Below the pieces are notes generated by a model that saw only the letters and a list, made by a program, of their open reading frames with translations, was not told the DNA's origin and did no database searches. 48,935 bases of DNA from Octopus bimaculoides. Taxonomy: Eukaryota. Within the stretch, counting starts at the first letter, position 1; every line of letters begins with the position of its first letter. Both the position numbers and the translations under genes were made by a program. The stretch is from the NCBI RefSeq assembly GCF_001194135.2, contig NC_068989.1, positions 36,407,834 to 36,456,768 on the forward strand. The letters are read 5' to 3'. Positions 37,139-48,935 of the stretch are shown in pieces.

Positions 37139-37468
37139 TGTATATGCGTATTTCAGGAGTTATTGCTCCATCTTCAGTATCAGAGACAACCTATTAACTA
37201 TCCACGATAAACTTGTTTAAAAAATGGAAACAACACTCTGCTAACACAAAAGTAGGATACCGTATTGGCTTATAAATCTTTAATGTACTTGGTAATATAT
37301 TATAGTTGCAAAACGATTGCTAGGAATGTGTTTACTATATAAATTGGTTAACCCAATAGTGTTACATCGCTAATCTTAGAAGCTGTTTAAGCAATGTATT
37401 CGTGGATAGTAAATAGGTTGGACGTGGTGCTGCAGAAGAAATAATAATTCCTGAAATATGAATATATA
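37139..37468. ncRNA. Diverged inverted duplication with hammerhead relics at both outer ends
   Basis: Minus 37139-37182: CUGAAGA-U-GGAG/CUCC-U-GAA-AUACGCAU-A; plus 37426-37468: CUGCAGA...UUCCU-GAAA-UAUGAAUA. Confidence 0.5.
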
Positions 37469-37654
37469 CACACATTACTTATTTTTCTAGCATTGCATTA
37501 TTTACATAGATGTATTCGTATACAAAATGTCGTAACTTTCAGGACCGGCTCTAAATTAAATTATTTAGAAAATCTGTAGAGATGAGCTAAGCCAACTTGG
37601 ACGATTAGCTGGCCGAAACTTCGAAGTCACTGTCGATAATATTCTTGTTTAAGA

Positions 37655-37756
<102 letters not shown>

Positions 37757-39069
37757 CAGGGTGCGTAAAGTATTTGAGGACATACGTTTTTTGGGTCATT
37801 GCTGCATTTTTTGCCAACTCTGTATAATCTTTGTTTCAGAAACTAATAATGGCAGACCCTCAGCTTACTCAAGAAATGAAGAGGTATGCTTTTATTGTGG
37901 TTATAATGGTTGAGCATAGCGATTTAGAAATATCTCGATTTTTAAAAGTTGCCAGATATTTCGTCTACAAAGTTTGTAAGGAGTTAGAGACTGAAGATGG
38001 AAACGTATCACCAGTATCAAAGCATAAAAAGCATTCTAAACGCTCTGAAATCATCAAAACACCTGAATTTATCCAACAAGTTCAACAGACCATTGATTAC
38101 AATCCCAGAAAGTTCATGAGATCAATTACAAAAGATCTCCATGTGTCAGAAGGAACAGTCAGAAATGTTGTCCACGAAGACATCAGCCTTAATGATGAGG
38201 AAAGGTCAATTTGTCAGAAAAAGCAAAAGAAAATCACTACATCAGATCTAAAAGGCTCCTAAACAAACTGAAAAATCCAGCAGAAGATTTGATTTGGCTT
38301 TTTTCAAACGAGAAAAACTTCGATCAAGATCAAAAAGTTAACAGAAAAAATGACAGATGGTATGTGCAGACCCTTCTGAAGTTCCAAGTGTTACGCATAC
38401 AAAATGTCATGGTTTTAGGGGTTGACAGCAATGAAGGACATATGATGCCTCCTTACTTCTTTCCACAAGGCCTTAGAGTTAAATCTGCCGCCTACATTAA
38501 GGTCCTGGAAATAATTCTTAAGCCCAGGATAGACAGTGTATGCAATTGAAGACCATATGTGTTTCAGTAAGACTCTGCACCAAATGTTAGGGGTTATGTA
38601 ATCATGAAAATTTTCAGCCATCCATTCCTGTGTTACTAGAGCCATGCACACAGCCATGCACACAGCCATGCACACAGCCATGCACACATGGATATAGTAA
38701 CACAGGAATGGATAGCTGAAAACCCTAACATTTGACCTCCTAATTCCCCAGATCTCAATCCATTGGACTATTACAAGTGAAGCGCTGTTGAGAGAGAGGT
38801 CAATGAACACGCCCATAACACCAAAGATTCTTTGAAAGCTGCCATAGTCAGAGTAATGTCCAAAACAAACCAGGACTTCTTGATTCAAGCATTTAGATGC
38901 TTTAGATCTCATATAGAAGCAGTTGTTGTAGCTGAAGCAGTTGTTGAAGCTTTATTGAATAACATTATTGAAAAGGAGGTTTATTTTTATCCTCATAGCA
39001 TTTTTCGATAAATAAAGTAATCTGTTTTTTATAAACATAAATCTGTCCTCAAATATCTAACGCACCCTG
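37757..39069 (+). mobile_element. Full-span maT/DD37D Tc1-mariner transposon, pseudogenised
   Basis: 26-bp TIRs CAGGGTGCGT....TATTTGAGGACA (23/26), TA TSDs; FSNEKNF, VFQ*DSAP and PPNSPDLNPLDY motifs. Confidence 0.92.
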
Positions 39070-39076
39070 TATATAT

Positions 39077-39500
39077 GGGGTGCGAAGGGTATCTGAGATC
39101 ACTAAATATATTAATGATAATTATTTCGCTTCAAACCAATTAAAAGATTCTAATTTTTTTCAGGTTGCCTATGATAATTAAAATGTTAACACAAGAAATT
39201 GAGAGACATGCAATCATTGTTGCTGAAACAATCATTTAGTAACTGCCAACTTCCTGAATGTTACAAGATCTTTTCATCGGGAATATTTCAACACTATCAA
39301 AGACGGAAAAAAAAAGAAAATACTAAATGTTCGAACACTATCAGGATACCGCAATTCTGGTCCTGCATTAAAGCAGTCATCGAAGCTGAAGGCGGATTCA
39401 TAGATTAATCTTCTAATAAAGCTTCTCGAAGTAGCGGACGCAAATTTTTTTGTTAAACTACATTTGTTTTTGTCTATATTATTTTATTTTTCTTGCTAGA
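39077..39500 (+). mobile_element. Internally deleted maT-like element
   Basis: ggggtgcgaagggtatctgagatcac TIR-like start; FWSCIKAVIEAEGGFID* C-terminus. Confidence 0.6.
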
Positions 39501-40299
39501 TTACATTTGCTTCATTAAATGACCAAATATATCATCAAATACTTTTCTCTCACCCTGTCTATGTATGTATGTATGTATGTATATATATACTTCTACGGAC
39601 AACCAAAGCCTTGTGAGTGGATTTGGTAGACGGAAGCTGAAAGGAACCTCTTGTATGTGTGTGTGTGTGTGTCTGTATCTGTGTGTGTGGTTGTGTCTCT
39701 GTTTGTTCCCACTACCGCTTGACAACCGACGATGGTTTGTTTACGTCCCCGCAACTTAGCGGTTTGGCTAAAGGCACCGATAAAATAAGACCGAGGCTTT
39801 AAAAAATAAGTCCTGGCACCTTAATGAAAAAAGACATATTTAAATACATCATTTACCATATTTATGATAATAACCAATGCCATCCGTCTTACCAAACAGA
39901 TGACCAAATCTTACGGATCATGGNNNNNNNNNNNNNNNNNNNNNNNNNNNNNNNNNNNNNNNNNNNNNNNNNNNNNNNNNNNNNNNNNNNNNNNNNNNNN
40001 NNNNNNNNNNNNNNNNNNNNNNNNNNNNNNNNNNNNNNNNNNNNNNNNNNNNNNNNNNNNNNNNNNNNNNNNNNNNNNNNNNNNNNNNNNNNNNNNNNNN
40101 NNNNNNNNNNNNNNNNNNNNNNNNNNNNNNNNNNNNNNNNNNNNNNNNNNNNNNNNNNNNNNNNNNNNNNNNNNNNNNNNNNNNNNNNNNNNNNNNNNNN
40201 NNNNNNNNNNNNNNNNNNNNNNNNNNNNNNNNNNNNNNNNNNNNNNNNNNNNNNNNNNNNNNNNNNNNNNNNNNNNNNNNNNNNNNNNNNNNNNNNNNN

Positions 40300-41355
40300 T
40301 GTCCTTATTCTTAGTGTAAGTTTTGAAGAGTGCAGTTCGATTTTAACAGTTATTTTTTCAAAGTTATAATAGAAGTGACAAAGGAGCATATTCGACATAT
40401 TTTGCTTTATGAGTTCAATAAAAGCAACAACGCAACGGAAAGTGCGAGGAATATTAATGTAGTATATGGGGATCAGACAATAGGCGTAAGCCACTGTCAA
40501 CAGTGGTTCCAGAAATTTCGAGCCGGAAACTACAACCTAGAAGACGAGCCTCGTCCTGGAAGATCTGCAGAGTTCGACGAGGACGTCCTGCAAACCCTGG
40601 TGGAACAAAATCCCATCGTAACTGTTGATATGATAAACATACATACATACATACCAACATACATACATACATACATACATACCAACATACATACATACAT
40701 ACATACTTGGTGGGAAGCTTGGATTTGATCATTCAACCAGTCATTCAAGTCAGCGCTAGAAGAAAAACGACCATCTTTGGTTTCAAGACGAAAGGTGTTC
40801 TTCCATCAGGATAATGCTTGGCCACATACAGCAAGGATGACATTCCAAAGGTTGTAGAGCTCGACGAGGACGTCCTGCAAACGCTGGTGGGACAAAATCC
40901 CATTGTAACTGTTGAGGATCTTGCGGAGAAGCTTGGATTTGATCATTCAACCATTCATCGACACCTGCGTGCCATTGGAAAAGTCAGCAAATTGGTTCAA
41001 TGGGTTCCTCACAAACTTTCTGAGTCTAATCGCGCGCAGAGAGTGAATGTGTGCTCTTTGCTGTCACATCTCACGAATGAACCCTTTTTTGGACCGAATA
41101 GTGACTGGTGACGAAAAATGGGTTCCCTATAAAAATGTCAAGTACCGAAGACAGTGAGTAGGGAAAAGAGGGACACCGGCACCCCAGGCTAAAGAAGGTC
41201 TTCACCTGTGTAAAGTGTTGCTATCTGTTTGGTAAGATATGAAAGGTTTAGTCCACTTTGAACTTTTAAACCCGGACCAAACGATAACAAAGGAGATCTA
41301 CTGTGAGCGGCTTGAGCCGCTTAAGTCAGCGCTAGAAGAAAAACGACCACCTTTG
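40300..41355 (+). mobile_element. Mariner DD34D transposase relic, rearranged and bounded by gaps
   Basis: EVTKEHIRHILLYEFNK...WFQKFRAGNYNLEDEPRPGR; WVPHKLS; VTGDEKW; FFHQDNAWPH. Confidence 0.9.
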
Positions 41356-42417
41356 NNNNNNNNNNNNNNNNNNNNNNNNNNNNNNNNNNNNNNNNNNNNN
41401 NNNNNNNNNNNNNNNNNNNNNNNNNNNNNNNNNNNNNNNNNNNNNNNNNNNNNNNNNNNNNNNNNNNNNNNNNNNNNNNNNNNNNNNNNNNNNNNNNNNN
41501 NNNNNNNNNNNNNNNNNNNNNNNNNNNNNNNNNNNNNNNNNNNNNNNNNNNNNNNNNNNNNNNNNNNNNNNNNNNNNNNNNNNNNNNNNNNNNNNNNNNN
41601 NNNNNNNNNNNNNNNNNNNNNNNNNNNNNNNNNNNNNNNNNNNNNNNNNNNNNNNNNNNNNNNNNNNNNNNNNNNNNNNNNNNNNNNNNNNNNNNNNNNN
41701 NNNNNNNNNNNNNNNNNNNNNNNNNNNNNNNNNNNNNNNNNNNNNNNNNNNNNNNNNNNNNNNNNNNNNNNNNNNNNNNNNNNNNNNNNNNNNNNNNNNN
41801 NNNNNNNNNNNNNNNNNNNNNNNNNNNNNNNNNNNNNNNNNNNNNNNNNNNNNNNNNNNNNNNNNNNNNNNNNNNNNNNNNNNNNNNNNNNNNNNNNNNN
41901 NNNNNNNNNNNNNNNNNNNNNNNNNNNNNNNNNNNNNNNNNNNNNNNNNNNNNNNNNNNNNNNNNNNNNNNNNNNNNNNNNNNNNNNNNNNNNNNNNNNN
42001 NNNNNNNNNNNNNNNNNNNNNNNNNNNNNNNNNNNNNNNNNNNNNNNNNNNNNNNNNNNNNNNNNNNNNNNNNNNNNNNNNNNNNNNNNNNNNNNNNNNN
42101 NNNNNNNNNNNNNNNNNNNNNNNNNNNNNNNNNNNNNNNNNNNNNNNNNNNNNNNNNNNNNNNNNNNNNNNNNNNNNNNNNNNNNNNNNNNNNNNNNNNN
42201 NNNNNNNNNNNNNNNNNNNNNNNNNNNNNNNNNNNNNNNNNNNNNNNNNNNNNNNNNNNNNNNNNNNNNNNNNNNNNNNNNNNNNNNNNNNNNNNNNNNN
42301 NNNNNNNNNNNNNNNNNGATGCAAATCCATATATATACACACATACATATGCACATATATACATATATACATACATAAATATATATATAAATTCAAACAC
42401 ATACATATATATGTGTG

Positions 42418-42466
<49 letters not shown>

Positions 42467-43504
42467 TGATATCGACCAGACCAGATTGTAGAATATGGTT
42501 GTACTCCGCTGATTACAATGCGATTCCTAGCATTCTTATAGCCTTCAAATGATTCCACCTCGCATTCCCCTGAATTCTCTTTAAATGGGACGCCAATTTG
42601 TGGATAGGATACCCATTTACAGCTGAGTGAAGTGGAGCAACTGGAAATGAAGAACACAACGCAACGCGCGGTCTGGAAATCGAAACTACGATCTTGCGAT
42701 TGTGAGTGTAACATCCTTACCACTAGGTCGTACACGCACACATACACACACACATACATACATGTACGTGTGTACATACATAAATATATATATATATAGA
42801 ACTAACCCACCTTTGTGTATGTCTATGCATTTTGCACAATATGTTGGTCTTTAAGAATATTTTTTTGTTGTTGTAATACATTGCTGCTATCAGAATTTAC
42901 CACAAAAAATAAAAGTTGAGGAATGCAGGTTTATCAGTGGCGATGTTTGTTGATTCAATATCGGTTCAATGACCACGTTACCAATGTTGGCATTTTTAGA
43001 ACCAGTGTTGTCTACGTCAGTTCATTCCAGCTGGATACTGTAGACATTTGGCGAAGAGTGGAGGTAAAATGTTTGGAATTTTTCCGATTCTTCAAAGTCA
43101 GCTGTTTCTTCTTCTTATCTTTATTTATTATCTCTATTTATTCTCTAGATTTATTATCATTCTCCCCCACCCCTCTCTCTCTCTCTCTTTCTCTCTCACT
43201 CTCTCTCTTTCTCTCTCTCCCTCTCTGCGTAATGAATGCATTTATGCGTGTACGTATGAAAATACATAGATATATCTCATGAAAATTTATTGAACAATNN
43301 NNNNNNNNNNNNNNNNNNNNNNNNNNNNNNNNNNNNNNNNNNNNNNNNNNNNNNNNNNNNNNNNNNNNNNNNNNNNNNNNNNNNNNNNNNNNNNNNNNNN
43401 NNNNNNNNNNNNNNNNNNNNNNNNNNNNNNNNNNNNNNNNNNNNNNNNNNNNNNNNNNNNNNNNNNNNNNNNNNNNNNNNNNNNNNNNNNNNNNNNNCGC
43501 GTGC

Positions 43505-43551
<47 letters not shown>

Positions 43552-43568
43552 TACATACATACATACAT

Positions 43569-43633
<65 letters not shown>

Positions 43634-43876
43634 CAGATAGACAGATAGATAGAAAGATAGAAAGATAGGTTCCAGTAATCTTTTATACACATAACATGGT
43701 CTGTCCAACACATCTGAGTAGATATGAAGAGTGACTGGATGCTTAAACATCCTGCCTTTACAAGGACTTCTGTATCATGGGTTTTACTTGAATAATTTTA
43801 CTTTAATACAATTGCAGCGTGGAAGGTGTTTACTTTAATAGTTTACTTTAATAGTTTTTACTTTAATAGTTTAAAG

Positions 43877-46417
43877 CATAGCTTCCCAAAGTGGGCGATA
43901 TCGCCCACCGGTGAGCGACTTCAACTTACAGATGGGCGATTGGGCAAATTTCTAGAAAACGGTGGGTGATTTGAGGTTTTGGTGGGGGATGATGTGAACA
44001 TTTTGTAGGTGACAAAGAATTTTCAGAAATCAAGTCTGGATTGATCTATATCTAGGCAAGCCAAGAATACGGATGCACATTTATCGATTTGACTACTCGC
44101 ATGAGAAGTCCTTTCGTATTAAAAAAAAAAGCGGACTTGTTTATCGATCGAATATTTTTGTTGCACAGTCATTGAGATGATTGTCATATGTGCTAGAAAT
44201 AGCAGCGAAGTAGGCCTAGGCCTTAAATTATGCTCCACCACAATTTTTTTCTCTTTTTTTCGCATAATCCTATGAATTTCCGCATGTAGAATACAATTTC
44301 GTAAAAATTTTCTGAAAACTCCGAAAAACAAAAAAGGTTATGAGGGGTTATATGCCGTGCATAATTCTACGGTTTCATATCAAAACACAAGTACTATTTT
44401 CAGGATGTTGACAAAATGTGCAGTCACGCACAAAATGACAGCTTTGAAATCATGTTTCTTGACTGGGTGAAAATGATCAAACTTTAAACCTCTATAACTT
44501 TTTTGCAATTGAGCGCCTCTTTCAAAAAGCAAACACAAACATTCAACATGCTACTCCAGAAAACTAATAAACAGGAGAATGATGGGTTGATTGCATTGTA
44601 CAACATTGCATTACTTATTCCTAAGTCTGGGAAATCACATACAATTGGAGAAACATTACTGCGCCCGGTTATCGAAGAGGTTTTGTCAACCGTTATAGAC
44701 GAAAAACCCGATGACATTATGAAGAAGATCCCACTTAGTAATAACACAATTTCTCGACGCATCGATGAAATGGCCAACGATGTCAAACATCAGCTCATTA
44801 ATATTCTCCAGCATTCTGAATTTTCTATATAAGTGGATGAGTTAACTGTTGTGGACAATCAATGTTTGATGATGGCATGTGTCCCGCATTTCCTTGTAAG
44901 GAAATACTGTTCACAGAGAAATTGCCGCTTGATTCAAGAGGTGTAACAATTTTTCACATTCTCAAGTCTTTCCTTTTTGAACGTAGTATCCCACTCCGTA
45001 ATATTCTTGCCTGTGCGTCTGATGGAGCCCCTTCGATGATAGGAAGATACAGAGGTTTTTCATCACTCTTAAAGCATGAAATTTTCCACCAGATACTAAC
45101 TGTTCATTGCTTGGCACACCGGCAGCATTTAGTGGCAAAAAATATGAACAGTAGATTGAATGATGCGCTACAGTTAGTTATCAAGACTGAACAAATTGAA
45201 ATCCAGTCCCTTGTCTTATCGAATTTTCCGTCAACTCTGTCTGAGAAATGATGAAGACTATACTAAACTCATACCATACCGAAGTACAGTGGCTGTCAAA
45301 AGAAACTGTTTTACGCTTTGTTGAACTGTTTCATATAATTCCAATATCCGCTTCATTGATGGTTGCAAGATGCGATATCTTTTTTCTTTGTGATATAGCC
45401 ACGAAACTAAATGATTTGAATAAGTTATTGCAAGGAAACAGAAAAATTCTCGTTGATTGTAAATCATTTATCACTACCTTCATTTTGAAATTGGTGTTGT
45501 ATAAGACTAACATTTCAAAATGTCAATTCCATCAATTTCTACAACTTGATTCTTTGAAAGATGAATTGGTTGATGAGGATTTAACTACATATTGCAAATA
45601 TTTACAATCATTGATAACATGGTGGAGCGATTTCAAGATGTTATTGTACTGAATATTCCAAATTGGTATAGCAATCCGTTTGGGGTCGATGCAGTTGATT
45701 GAGAGAACGATGCTCATGAGGAATTGATAGAATTACAAAATAGCAAAGACGCCACAATGCGATATTACCGCAATGGCAAAGAAGATTTGTGGTAGCATCA
45801 AAGTATATTGAATTCCTACCCCAATCTGTGGAAACATCTGAAATTACTTTTACTTGCCTTCCTATCTCATACCTTGTTGAATCTGGTTTTAGCCATGTTG
45901 GAACTTTACTTTCCCATAAAAGAATTGGACTGGATGTAACACAACAAGAAGACTTGCGGCTAAAGTTGACAAGTTTGAAACCGAATGTATCTGCACTAGC
46001 TGCATCGCACCAGACACATGGTTCTCATTAAAAGGTTATATTCTTTTCCTTTATAATACAATCATTAATTATTTTTGCATCAGTAGTTCTGATCAATGGT
46101 TCATTTGGGAAAAATAAAAATCAGTATAAAAGAAAGCGCAAGTTTACCAAAGTTAATCTGTCTGCATAATATAGAGTTAACATTAGAATTTTATTCACAC
46201 TTATGGCAAAACCGCATATTTAGTCCAAACGGCACTAACCGGGCAACGAGTCTACGATATAGTTTGTGTGTCAAATAATACAAGGGGGGTTTTACTAGGG
46301 GATTTAGTGTTAGAGAGGATTGTGTCAGGGTTTTTTTACACAGGTGGGTGATGGAGCATTTTTTGGCCGATAGGTGGTCGATATTGCAATTTGACGTGAA
46401 AAGTTTGGGAAATACTG
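43877..46417 (+). mobile_element. Near full-length hAT/Buster (Charlie/SPIN-like) transposon with decayed transposase ~44500-46030
   Basis: TIR CATAGCTTCCCAAA vs CAGTATTTCCCAAA (10/14); TSD GTTTAAAG/GTTTACAG; HTIGE.L, IPLSNNTISRRIDEM, SDGAPSMIGRYRG, HCLAHRQHL, SYLVESGFS. Confidence 0.92.
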
Positions 46418-46818
46418 GTTTACAGTTACTTTAACTATGGTCAGAACTAAACTTAGTCATTTGCGGCACTTTCTTTCATCAAAGCTCAAGCACATGATTA
46501 TATAGATTCACCTAAGATCTAAGAATGGTCACATGATTGATCTTATCGTCACCTGCAAACGGGACCTTGGGGACGTATGTAAAGTACGTGTGATGTGAAG
46601 CGCAGTATGACACATCACAGCACGGTACGAGAAAAATTTTAAATACTAATCCGCAAAAAAATTTGTGTGAGTGAGGTGAAGATACCAAAGCGTATCGATA
46701 TTACACACACACACCTACACACACTTACACACACATACGCACACACACTCACTCACACACACATACACATACACACGCACATACATACATACATACATAC
46801 ATACATACATACATACAT

Positions 46819-47420
46819 GATGACCGTCCACTCATGACCGAGGAAGACCATTGCTGACTTTTAGGAGCATTGTGCACTCTAAGACTAACTTATATTTTGC
46901 ATTTGCGGTTCCGTTGGTGGCTAAAGAGCCCTGCTCTTGACAAGCATACACAACTGGAAACATTGCAAGCCAAGTTTTCCCCATTCACTACGCTAGCAGT
47001 GCACTTTCGAGCAGCACGCTTAAATTCTTCATGAAGAATACGTGCTTTTTCAAAGGTGTTGACTCCCTCCTTAACCTGCTTCCTCCATCTGTGTCACCCA
47101 GTTAGTCTCCTGCATACCACAGGCCTTTAATGAGGACCTGACACAGTCCTTAAATCGCAGCCTTGGTTTCTGCCAGGGTCTCTTTCCACTAACAAGTTCC
47201 TCATATAGCATCTGTTTAGGGATCCTGCTATCCTTCATTCTAATAAGTCCAACGTAACCGATGCTTTTCACCATCGCCTCAATACTCACGATATCAGCTT
47301 TCCTCAAGACCTGTGTGTCTGGAGTTTTTAAGGTCCAGCCAACATTCAGAATATGTGTCAGACATCTCTGACGTTTGTAAAGGGTCCATGTCTCACGTGA
47401 GTAAAGGAGCGATGTCAGTA
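46819..47420 (-). mobile_element. RTE-BovB-like LINE 3' end with a C-terminal zinc-finger-like motif, embedded in (ATAC)n
   Basis: LLYSRETWTLY...RMKDSRIPKQMLYEEL...PRLRFKDCVRSSLK; CNVSSCVCLSRAGLFSHQR. Confidence 0.85.
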
Positions 47421-47459
47421 CATACATACATACATACATACATACATACATACATACAA

Positions 47460-47980
47460 ACAAAAATACCTACAAATGAAGTTGACCATATTGAGACCAA
47501 TGGGTCAAAAGAATATTAGTGAATCTTAAAAATTAAAATAACCACCAAGTTAAAACACAACTGACCAGATATTGTTGAAGGAAAAAATATGTTCTTTTGT
47601 GGAAATCAGTTGTCCTCTGGGCTCCAATGTGGTTAGAAAATACAAGAGAAAGAGGATATCTATGGATTATTATTAGGAGTTCGCAAATCCAGTACCAAAG
47701 ATATTCTTTCAGTTGCATGCATATTATTAGAGCAACAGGATACATACCAACCTGTCAGGAGCAGAGTATGGCTGAAGTTGGGAACTTGGGGAGAGAATGC
47801 AAATCTTTAATTTTTATGCTACAAATGATCGCGATATCTAGGACTATAAAAATCTAAAGACCTTCTTAAGATTTAAAAGGTGATGGTTAAAAGAACATAC
47901 TTTCCTTCAAAACCTTGCTGTCAAGTAGGTGGCCAGTCAAAATTTACTCTTACTTAAAAAGTTGGAGAAGAACATACATA
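47460..47980 (+). mobile_element. RLE LINE 3' end between (ATAC)n arrays
   Basis: TTKLKHN*PDIV...IQEKEDIYG...IIRATGYIPTC...LQMIAISRTIKI; ends ggagaagaac(atac)n. Confidence 0.7.
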
Positions 47981-48049
47981 CATACACACATACATACATA
48001 CATACACACATACATACATACATACATACATACATACATACATACATGC

Positions 48050-48436
48050 ATACATGTATTCTCTTGTACTCTGACTATGAATTCTCATTTGTACCTACCA
48101 TCATAGATGCATTAAGTTTTATATCAATAAGTTTGCACAAAAAGCTAGAAATACTCGGTTTCACGGAAAAAGAGCAAAAGAAACTGACGCGAATTCTCCA
48201 GATCTAATCTATTAGTGGCACAGTGAAAATTTGTAAGACATTCCAAAAATTATTCATGTGAGATTCTTATGTGAATAGGTGCACACACTTGGATGTATGC
48301 ATCGACAGTTCAACCAACACTCCGACTCAACCACAAAGTTACAAACACCAGGAACTTTCTTAACTTAAAAAGTTCTGTTGCTTTGTTAGCGGCTGGTTTA
48401 AATTCTCTCAAGAACTTAGATAAAACTCATTGAAAA
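48050..48436 (+). mobile_element. RLE LINE 3' end between (ATAC)n arrays
   Basis: [18 protein letters not shown]...LGFTEKEQKKLTRILQI*SISGTVKICKTF; ends ataaaactcattgaaaaac(atac)n. Confidence 0.75.
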
Positions 48437-48529
48437 ACATACATACATACATACATACATACATACATACATGCATACATACATACATACATACATGCAT
48501 ACATGCCCGCATGCATACACGTCTCAAAC

Positions 48530-48850
48530 CACATCTGAAAGAATTTATCCTGTTAACAATGATTCATTCACCAACACCCGACAGCCATCAGCTAACAGAT
48601 ATGTTATTTTTCCATCTTTTCTTTTGCAGTTGCTATAACTGGCTACGCTCCTGTGACCACCCTAGCGCACCCAATTTATTCATCTATCTACCTTGCTGTA
48701 TTTCATCACCGAGATCTTGTATCAAACTCTTTCCCAAATCCTCTCACCTCATAACTATTGTCCTCTTAAAATCTCTCCTTGGTTACTATTTTCCTTCCGA
48801 GATTAACTTAAAAGACTTTCAAACTAAAATGGCAACTTAAGGCCGGCAAA
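48530..48850 (+). mobile_element. Decayed L2/CR1-group LINE 3' fragment
   Basis: CYNWLRS...YFPSEINLKDFQTK resembles the post-RT FP..YNL..FK tail. Confidence 0.45.
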
Positions 48851-48888
48851 TTTCTGGCAACAACTTAAAACACTCTTCTTCTGGCATA

Positions 48889-48935
<47 letters not shown>

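Noticed and set aside
37991-38007. CTGAAGA-TG-GAAAC-GTA
   Set aside because: No room for stem II or III; it encodes ETEDGNV in the transposase frame.

Overview
Eukaryotic, AT-rich, gap-ridden scaffold made almost entirely of microsatellites and transposon relics. The SINE families and TTAGGG repeats suggest an octopus genome (inference from recalled repeat consensus, not a search). No host gene is recognisable; there is one weak 45-nt exon candidate. Recognisable mobile DNA: tRNA-type SINEs, RTE, Tx1/L1, CR1/L2 and RLE (R4/Dong-like) LINE fragments, a Penelope GIY-YIG relic, Tigger, maT/DD37D, mariner and hAT/Buster elements, and several MITEs. The main unexplained structure is about a dozen minimal type I hammerhead ribozyme motifs from several unrelated families, on both strands. 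Nearly all have a palindromic stem III (dimer-cleaving, Penelope/retrozyme type). Several sit in divergent inverted duplications, and one has a compensated G3-C8 core swap. Also notable are RLE LINEs that consistently end in (ATAC)n, and a foldback MITE with a 6-bp TSD carrying outward-facing telomeric arrays. All folds were derived by eye and are untested.
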